Source of the DNA: an uncultured virus (IMG/VR IMGVR_UViG_649633094_000002)
Taxonomy: Duplodnaviria; Heunggongvirae; Uroviricota; Caudoviricetes
Virus record (IMG/VR): IMGVR_UViG_649633094_000002
DNA: 32,869 nucleotides
Strand: one strand, 5' to 3'
Position numbers and translations under genes: made by a program. Under the pieces are notes generated by a model that saw only the letters and a list, made by a program, of their open reading frames with translations, ran no database searches and had not been told where the DNA came from. Shown piece by piece: positions 26,846 to 32,869 of the stretch (position 1 is its first letter; the number at the start of each line of letters is the position of its first letter).

Positions 26846-27395
26846 TCCTGTCTACCTCCGTTTTTATTTCTTCCTGTTGCTCTTTGTCGAAACGATTGAA
26901 CGTTTCAAGCATATACTCCGCATAGCCGATATTCTGCAAAGCGTATACGAAACGCCTGTCCGTTTCATCATCGGGAGAAGTCGGAACATAAAGCATTTTG
27001 TACTTGTCCAGCAAAGTAAAATACCTGAGCAGAACATCATACATATGCTCCGCCCTTGCTTTCTCTGCCTTACGCTCGGCGATCTCCCTGCGCCGTCTGT
27101 TGACTTTCTCCATATCCGGTGGCTTGTCCACGTCCAGACCAAGTGCAAAATCGCTGTTGAGCTGTTTCACCGCTTCGATAGATGACAAGCCGAAAAGCTC
27201 CTGCACCAGCTTGATAACATCGCCGTGTGCCTGACAACCGAAACAGTAATAGTGGTCATCATACAGCTTGCAGGACGGGTGACGCTCCCTGTGGAATGGA
27301 CAGAGCGCCATGTTTCCTCGGTGGACTTCCACGCCGTAACTGCGGGCGGCGGTGGGTACGTCCACAAGCTCTTTTACTTCATCAAATATTGTCAT
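26781..27395 (-). CDS. CHC2 zinc-finger protein (primase-like N-terminal domain)
   Basis: CPFHRERHPS...YYCFGCQAHGDVI motif; GGAGG RBS before ATG 27395. Confidence 0.88.
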   Translation of the reverse strand: MTIFDEVKELVDVPTAARSYGVEVHRGNMALCPFHRERHPSCKLYDDHYYCFGCQAHGDVIKLVQELFGLSSIEAVKQLNSDFALGLDVDKPPDMEKVNRRRREIAERKAEKARAEHMYDVLLRYFTLLDKYKMLYVPTSPDDETDRRFVYALQNIGYAEYMLETFNRFDKEQQEEIKTEVDRIEREYKRCIEEWGECLGNRFT

Positions 27396-27432
27396 TAAAA
27401 GACCTCCTTCACATACAGCCTTTTTCACCCCA

Positions 27433-27531
27433 AAAGTTGTACGAAAACGTACAACTTTAAATAAAATATGTTTTTATTAAATTAAAAATCATATGTTATC
27501 ACAAAATGAGAGCCTGCATTTTGTGATAACA
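27433..27531. promoter_or_regulatory. Two perfect inverted repeats in the divergent intergenic region (candidate operators)
   Basis: AAAGTTGTACG-aaaa-CGTACAACTTT (27433-27458) and TGTTATCACAAAATG-8 nt-CATTTTGTGATAACA (27494-27531). Confidence 0.6.
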
Positions 27532-27552
27532 GCACAGCACATTTCCCGATAC

Positions 27553-27581
27553 TTGAAATACATATCGCTTTGTGCTATAAT
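27553..27581 (+). promoter_or_regulatory. Promoter of the NTPase-TPR gene
   Basis: TTGAAA, 17-bp spacer, TGn-TATAAT. Confidence 0.7.
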
Positions 27582-27614
27582 GTATATTGGATAATTATTG
27601 AAAGGCGGCTATCT

Positions 27615-30143
27615 ATGTACAAGTTCTGCGACTTTCAGTCTGTTACCAAATTGCTGTACAGTGGGCTGATAAAATCTACGATCAAATCATATAACGTAAT
27701 GATGAGCGACCTTTTTGGTGCATATAACGCCGCTGAAAGAAAACAGGCGTTTACAAGCAGTGAGCTTTCACGTCTGGGCAACGGTAAGCGTGTGCCGTCA
27801 AAAACGTGGGTAGACTTCTATCAGCGGAATGATAAGTCTGTCATGATCGCAGATATTATGAGCATTATTCCAAATATCGTAGATAAAACATCAATGCAGA
27901 AAGCACTGTTTGAGCTTTACACCAACGACAGATTTATCCCCGATGATTATATGCAGATATTTTTATCAAGCCATAAACCTGAATATTCCGATGATAACGC
28001 ACTTGCGGAACTCATTTATGATGTTCTGTTCATTTCTATCGTCCGTCCTTATGAAGAAAAAACAAAGGAATGTTTTGTAGTTATACCCTTTGATGTTTCC
28101 GAGAATGAAGTTCCGTTTACAGATCAGAAAGCCGATGTACTGCCCACTGTAAACATAAAATCTCCGGAATCGCCTGACACATTGTTCGCCAACAGCGAAT
28201 ATGTACCGCCGTGTCCGCATTTCTGCGGTTATGCGTCTGATATTGATGACCTGAACACAATGTTTGCAAAGGACAACAAGCTGTTTGTGACAGGCTATCC
28301 CTGTGTTGGCAAAAGTGAGTTTGTTCGTGCTTATATTGAGAAATACCGTTCCCAATATAAGAAAATCGGTTATTATTTTTACAGCGGCAGCCTGCGTTCG
28401 ATCATTGCAAATATGAACTCGGATATGCCTGTATCGCTGAGTGATACAAATAACGCTCTCTACATAAGCAACCTTAATATTCTCCACACACTTGATGAAA
28501 GCACCCTTATCGTTATTGACAATTTCAACGTCGGCATTGAAGATGATGAATGTGCGGACGATATTCTCAAACTGAAATGCAGGGTCATCTTTACTTCACG
28601 CAGGCGATATGAGGGAGTGACTACATTCAAGCTAAATGGTATTTCCAAGAATGACGGAATGGAGCTTGTAGAAAAGTTTTTTGACAACCCCACGCCTTTA
28701 GCTGAACATAGGCTTAAGGGCATTGTCAGTATGCTCGGAAGAAATCCTCTTTTCATAGAAATAGTCGGCAAAATGCTGATAAAGGGCGGCTGTACAACCG
28801 AAAGATTAGATTTTGAGCTTCTCGCCGGAGACTATTCCAAATTTGATCAAAAAGTAACCTTCACAAAAGATGGAAAACTCATGAAAGAGTCTCTTATCGG
28901 TGTTCTGAGAAATATGTTCGGATTTTCTGAACTCTCGGAGGTTCATCGCAAGGTTCTGTGTATGATGCACGTTGCAGTAGAAGCCCCCATACGAAAAGAT
29001 GCAGCAATAGCCATGTTTGGGATTAACAGCGTTCAGCCGATAGACGATCTGATCGACGCAGGTTTTGTATCGGAAACTTCAAACGGCATGATACAGATGA
29101 GCCATTTCATATCGGAGATTGTTTTCAGCGCCCTGAAACCCGACAAGAATATCTGCCGTGAGCTGATAGACCGAATCAGGCTTATCGGAAAAGATGAAAG
29201 TATTCAGTGCGATTTCGGCGATATAAGAAATATCATAGCTGAGTTTGCATTTTTCCCCATAGTAAAGCCTGACACTGAAGCCGTGGAGGTCGCCTTCGAC
29301 TGTTTCAAATTCTTTTGGCGTATCCATGATATTGAACGTATGGAAGAACTGAATGAGAGAACCTTTACCCTTCGTGGATTGACAGAGCCGAAACAGCTTG
29401 CGATACAAGAACTGGAAGAAGCCGCTATCGAAGCCGAAAAGAGAAATTATGTCAAGGCATTGGAATTTCAGAAAAACGCCATTGAAAAAATCATGGCACT
29501 TGATGATGAATATCTGAAAGCAGAAGCTGTAAGCAGCTATGCCTATTACCTTGAATATTCGGAAACGGCTGATTCCACCGAAGAATTATATGAAGCCTAC
29601 CAAAGAGGTATAGAACTGTTTGAAGGTCTTGAACTTGATAACGGCGGCAAAGTGGAACAATGCCGTATCATCACCCGTTATGCCTACTTGCTCCTCATGA
29701 CCTGTAAAACAGATGAAGCACTTGCGTGGGCTGATAGAGCCGTTAATACACTTGCAAATCTCAGACCAAGAACTGTACCCAGATATGAGTCTTTTGCCGA
29801 TGCGCTATATGTCGGAGGGCTGTGCCATTTGCTTAAAAATGATGATAAAATCGCAAAATTTGAACTGGACAGGGCTTTCCGCATATACTTAATGGATCAC
29901 AAAAGAGAATCCGATTTCATCGAAGACAAGCTCGAATGGGTATTCAATTTTGCCTTAGATGTGGACTCTGATATTATGGAAACGAAGCCTTTGAAATATC
30001 TGTTTGAGGTTGAAGATGATTACGATGATGACCTTGATGATGACGATCTGATCGATGACGATGAAGAGTTCTTCCTTGATCCCGATGCCTTTACAGAAGA
30101 TGAGGACACCGATAAATCCGACTCATCAGATGAAATCGAATAA
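27615..30143 (+). CDS. Putative HTH + NB-ARC/STAND-like P-loop NTPase + TPR-like protein with an acidic tail
   Basis: SSELSRLGNGKR is HTH-like. Other motifs: Walker A GYPCVGKS, Walker B LIVIDN, VIFTSR, GRNPL and helical repeats, followed by a D/E-rich C-terminus. The start is moved to ATG 27615 because the promoter overlaps the longer ORF call. Confidence 0.78.
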   Translation: MYKFCDFQSVTKLLYSGLIKSTIKSYNVMMSDLFGAYNAAERKQAFTSSELSRLGNGKRVPSKTWVDFYQRNDKSVMIADIMSIIPNIVDKTSMQKALFELYTNDRFIPDDYMQIFLSSHKPEYSDDNALAELIYDVLFISIVRPYEEKTKECFVVIPFDVSENEVPFTDQKADVLPTVNIKSPESPDTLFANSEYVPPCPHFCGYASDIDDLNTMFAKDNKLFVTGYPCVGKSEFVRAYIEKYRSQYKKIGYYFYSGSLRSIIANMNSDMPVSLSDTNNALYISNLNILHTLDESTLIVIDNFNVGIEDDECADDILKLKCRVIFTSRRRYEGVTTFKLNGISKNDGMELVEKFFDNPTPLAEHRLKGIVSMLGRNPLFIEIVGKMLIKGGCTTERLDFELLAGDYSKFDQKVTFTKDGKLMKESLIGVLRNMFGFSELSEVHRKVLCMMHVAVEAPIRKDAAIAMFGINSVQPIDDLIDAGFVSETSNGMIQMSHFISEIVFSALKPDKNICRELIDRIRLIGKDESIQCDFGDIRNIIAEFAFFPIVKPDTEAVEVAFDCFKFFWRIHDIERMEELNERTFTLRGLTEPKQLAIQELEEAAIEAEKRNYVKALEFQKNAIEKIMALDDEYLKAEAVSSYAYYLEYSETADSTEELYEAYQRGIELFEGLELDNGGKVEQCRIITRYAYLLLMTCKTDEALAWADRAVNTLANLRPRTVPRYESFADALYVGGLCHLLKNDDKIAKFELDRAFRIYLMDHKRESDFIEDKLEWVFNFALDVDSDIMETKPLKYLFEVEDDYDDDLDDDDLIDDDEEFFLDPDAFTEDEDTDKSDSSDEIE

Positions 30144-30878
30144 CCTCAGCAGCACATCAATCACCACAGCAACAGGTGCGGCATAGTACAAAACATCGCC
30201 AATCGTTCTGACGGTGCAGAAACGTTTTACTGACTTGCTGATTTGCTCGGAAGCATTTTCCGCCGCCGCTGTTGCCGATCTCACGCTGTTGGTGCAGGAA
30301 GTTATATCCTTCTCCATCTGATCGCTGTTTGCCTGCACATACTGCATCAGCTCGTTGATGGCTTCTTTCTCCTGCGCTTTGACCTGATGATAGATGTTGT
30401 AAACACTGTCAGAGACCTCTGTCCTGACGCTTTTTGCGTACTGCTCTTGCAGGCTCAGGTTCTGCATCTGATGTTCGGACAACCTTTGTATTTCGGCGTT
30501 TATAGCTGTCGAATAGTTCTTCAAAAGTTGGCACATCTTTAGCGTTGCCGTTACCAGAAGAAGGACTCTCTCGTCCCTCTGTGCGTCCACTGACGATACT
30601 CCGATCTCCTCCGCCATTTCCCGAACTCTCGTTTCGATTGCGTCCAGTTCCGGCAAAGGTGCTGCCTGTTTCTTGGTTTCCATTGGTCTTACCCCCTGTC
30701 TCTGTGCCTTGTGTGATTGTTCGTACTCCCTGTGGATACGCTCCGCTTCTTTTATCATCTGTTCCCGTGTAAAGACCGCCGTTTGCTGTTTGTGTTCTGT
30801 CTGCGGTTCTTGTACTGTCGGCGGTGAGGGCTTCGGCTCTGTCGGCTTCTTGCCCTCGCCAAATCTTGGTAAGCTCAT
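30126..30878 (-). CDS. Coiled-coil protein with a C-terminal hydrophobic anchor, overlapping the relaxase 3' end (MobB-like accessory candidate)
   Basis: 250-aa ORF with an AAGGA RBS, helical composition and terminal VLYYAAPVAVVIDVLL. It overlaps the relaxase ORF by 470 bp in another frame. Confidence 0.7.
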   Translation of the reverse strand: MSLPRFGEGKKPTEPKPSPPTVQEPQTEHKQQTAVFTREQMIKEAERIHREYEQSHKAQRQGVRPMETKKQAAPLPELDAIETRVREMAEEIGVSSVDAQRDERVLLLVTATLKMCQLLKNYSTAINAEIQRLSEHQMQNLSLQEQYAKSVRTEVSDSVYNIYHQVKAQEKEAINELMQYVQANSDQMEKDITSCTNSVRSATAAAENASEQISKSVKRFCTVRTIGDVLYYAAPVAVVIDVLLRLFDFI

Positions 30879-31698
30879 ATTTGATTCCTTTCACTGTATA
30901 TTTGTCACCCAGCTTACTGCCCCTGACCGAGACAAGTTTACCGTTCTTATCGGTATAATTCGGGTGACGGTAGGATATAGTGTTGCCCTTGACACGGCAT
31001 TCCACATGATAATGCTTCATCAGGGCATTGACCACATCTTCTAAAGTTTTGTTGTTCGAGTCGGCGCACTCGATACGAATGACTTCCCGAAGTTCATCTT
31101 TGAATGTTTCCTTACCCTTAGCTTTCATCTGCTTCTCGGCAAAGGTTTCCTTGTCACGGTCGGGATCATCGTTATAATAATCCTTACGGACAGAGTGTAC
31201 AAGCCCTCGCTTCATGCACTGCTCCCCGAAAAATTCGCACATGGTCTGCAAATCTTTCTGACTGCGGCGGTATGCCTTGCCTGTGACGGTGTGGCAGTTG
31301 CCCAGAAGAAAATGGACGTGCTTGTGCGGTTTGTCGGTGTGAACGGCAAACATGACCTGATAGCCGTCAAAAAACTTCTCGGCGAACTCCTTTGCAATGT
31401 TAAACACTTCTTCATAGGTCAGCTTGTCATTATCATCGGGAGAGAACGACAGCGACATCTTGAACGCAAGGTTCGTCCGCTTGTTATCACGCTTGCCGAA
31501 CAGCTTTCGTGTGGTGAGAATGTCACAAGAATAAATGTTGCGGTCGCAGTTCATCTCCCAGCACAAATGCGGCGCAGTTTTTATGACACCTGCCTGCTGC
31601 TGTTCGGGCAGCTCACCCAGCATATACCGTGAAGCCCGGTCAAGCTGTATCTGCGATTTGCAGGGTTTATAGTCCACATTGACATTTCCGTACATCAC
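30409..31698 (-). CDS. Relaxase (MOBP-like, HUH family)
   Basis: SLSFSPDD motif II and AVHTDKPHKHVHF 3H motif; directly follows mobC with a 4-nt overlap. Confidence 0.9.
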   Translation of the reverse strand: MMYGNVNVDYKPCKSQIQLDRASRYMLGELPEQQQAGVIKTAPHLCWEMNCDRNIYSCDILTTRKLFGKRDNKRTNLAFKMSLSFSPDDNDKLTYEEVFNIAKEFAEKFFDGYQVMFAVHTDKPHKHVHFLLGNCHTVTGKAYRRSQKDLQTMCEFFGEQCMKRGLVHSVRKDYYNDDPDRDKETFAEKQMKAKGKETFKDELREVIRIECADSNNKTLEDVVNALMKHYHVECRVKGNTISYRHPNYTDKNGKLVSVRGSKLGDKYTVKGIKYELTKIWRGQEADRAEALTADSTRTADRTQTANGGLYTGTDDKRSGAYPQGVRTITQGTETGGKTNGNQETGSTFAGTGRNRNESSGNGGGDRSIVSGRTEGRESPSSGNGNAKDVPTFEELFDSYKRRNTKVVRTSDAEPEPARAVRKKRQDRGL

Positions 31699-32048
31699 TT
31701 AACGCCTTTAATGCTGAACTTCGGATTATCCAGAAATGCAAGAATCCGCTTCATGACGGCTTCATTGGTAATTCGGATAGCCCCGATCTCGGCTCTGACC
31801 TTATCGTCCTGCCCGATGTTGGAATAGTAAGCAAGCTGATTGAGGTTCGTGCCGATCTTGCGAATCTCGTGGATAAGCGGTGCGATGTCATCTGCCACGC
31901 TGTAGATCCTGACTTCGCTGTCCCTGATTGCTTGCATCAGATAGTCGGTCTTGCTCAGTCCGCTTGTTTCATGCTTGGTATTCCAGAGCTGAAGCTCCTC
32001 GTCGGTCAGTTTCAGACTGATCGAGTGATAGCGCTTTCTGTTTATCAT
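31695..32048 (-). CDS. mobC: MobC-family relaxosome protein
   Basis: RHH-like N-terminus (ISLKLTDEE...SGLSKTDYL) and the signature EIRKIGTNLNQLA. Confidence 0.9.
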   Translation of the reverse strand: MINRKRYHSISLKLTDEELQLWNTKHETSGLSKTDYLMQAIRDSEVRIYSVADDIAPLIHEIRKIGTNLNQLAYYSNIGQDDKVRAEIGAIRITNEAVMKRILAFLDNPKFSIKGVK

Positions 32049-32110
32049 TTTTATCCTTTCTCCGCCTGCGGCGGTCTTAGGGGAAGGTCTCGGAGGGGGA
32101 ACGTCTCTGA

Positions 32111-32140
32111 GCAGGGAGACCGATGTGTCACTACATCGGT
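32111..32140 (-). other. Candidate oriT
   Basis: Inverted repeat ACCGATGT-6 nt-ACATCGGT next to a minus-strand CTCCCTGC, which resembles the RP4-type ATCCTG/C nick motif; directly upstream of mobC. Confidence 0.5.
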
Positions 32141-32407
32141 GCTACCTGCCCGGCGCAATCCGACGGGTCACGGTCCTGTTATTACAAGACATCACGGCGA
32201 TAAGCCGTTTTTTCATAAGCAATTCGCTCCGCCGATTGCGTTCGAGTCTGCAAATTCCTCTGTGATATTTGCAGGCTTTCTCTTTTCGCATAAAATGCTA
32301 TCGGGCATTTTTGCGTTATATCCCCGATTTTTCCACCGTCTATTGGTTTGTTGCTGTTGTTGTAACACTCCGATATATGTACGGCGGTAAAGCTGTTTCA
32401 AGCAGTA

Positions 32408-32869
32408 TCAGCCGCCGATAAAATCGAAATCAATACCGGAATAATCATCATTTTCGCTGTTATCAGCGTTGCCAAAGCCCTCCGCGGCGCTCGGATTGCC
32501 GCTCACGGCATATCCTCTGCTGTCCATTGTTCCCATGGGAACAGCTCGAATCTCATTGAACTGTACAGGGTAACTGCTGTTCAGACTCAGCATCAGACTT
32601 GCGAGAAACTTCGGCATTTCGGCGATAAACGCCTTGCCTACCTCGCTGACGATCTGCTGAATGAAACGCTCCTCACGCTGACGGGTCTCGAAATACGGGT
32701 CATCAGCCAGTTTTCCCATACGGTCAAAGTAGTCATTGACCGCCGTAATGGCTGCAACATTGGTGGACTTGATCTTGTCCTTATCATAGTTATGAAGATA
32801 GTCCCAGGCTTTGGCGTGTTCGGGGTTATCCATATTGAAGCGGAAACAAGTAGTCAGAACCTTGCTCAT
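32408..32869 (-). CDS. Hypothetical protein of the mobilizable element
   Basis: 153-aa ORF co-oriented with the mob genes. The ATG is at the window edge, so the true start cannot be confirmed. Confidence 0.7.
   Translation of the reverse strand: MSKVLTTCFRFNMDNPEHAKAWDYLHNYDKDKIKSTNVAAITAVNDYFDRMGKLADDPYFETRQREERFIQQIVSEVGKAFIAEMPKFLASLMLSLNSSYPVQFNEIRAVPMGTMDSRGYAVSGNPSAAEGFGNADNSENDDYSGIDFDFIGG

Larger units (their letters stand above)
18272..32869 (-). mobile_element. Integrative mobilizable element (other end outside the window)
   Basis: Serine-recombinase triplet, replication genes, relaxase/MobC/oriT and cargo; no T4SS genes are visible. The left boundary is inferred from att-like site 3. 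Confidence 0.75.

Noticed and set aside
32346..32362. Short (TTG/CTG)n run that could be a slippage tract
   Set aside because: Only about five imperfect units, and not within a supported gene.

Overview
A Firmicutes (Clostridia-like) accessory region made of stacked mobile and recombination modules. (1) 1361-10581 is a Type I restriction-modification operon (hsdR-hsdM-hsdS, minus strand) with a tyrosine recombinase and two inverted silent hsdS cassettes. This is a known kind of phase-variable shufflon, here with 2x3 possible TRD combinations. (2) 10854-18296 is the most unusual part. It holds three homologous, signal-peptide-less genes for Thr/Ala/Gly-rich surface-fibre-like proteins, all starting at the same Y-A-W-F-T-M-S motif, which resembles a SipW-class signal-peptide cleavage site. 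Each starts inside a related ~44-bp att-like site; two of the sites are direct repeats around a pair of large serine recombinases and the third is inverted. (3) ~18270 to the window end is an integrative mobilizable element. It carries a serine-recombinase triplet homologous to the pair in (2), AAA/PD-(D/E)XK cargo, a CHC2 zinc-finger plus SF3 helicase replication module with a mirror-symmetric heptamer array, an HTH-NTPase-TPR protein, and relaxase/MobC/oriT. My main hypothesis is a serine-recombinase-driven system that exchanges the mature domain of a SipW-type fibre subunit behind a signal peptide; that expression site is not in this window. All family assignments come from motif recognition by eye; no searches were run.
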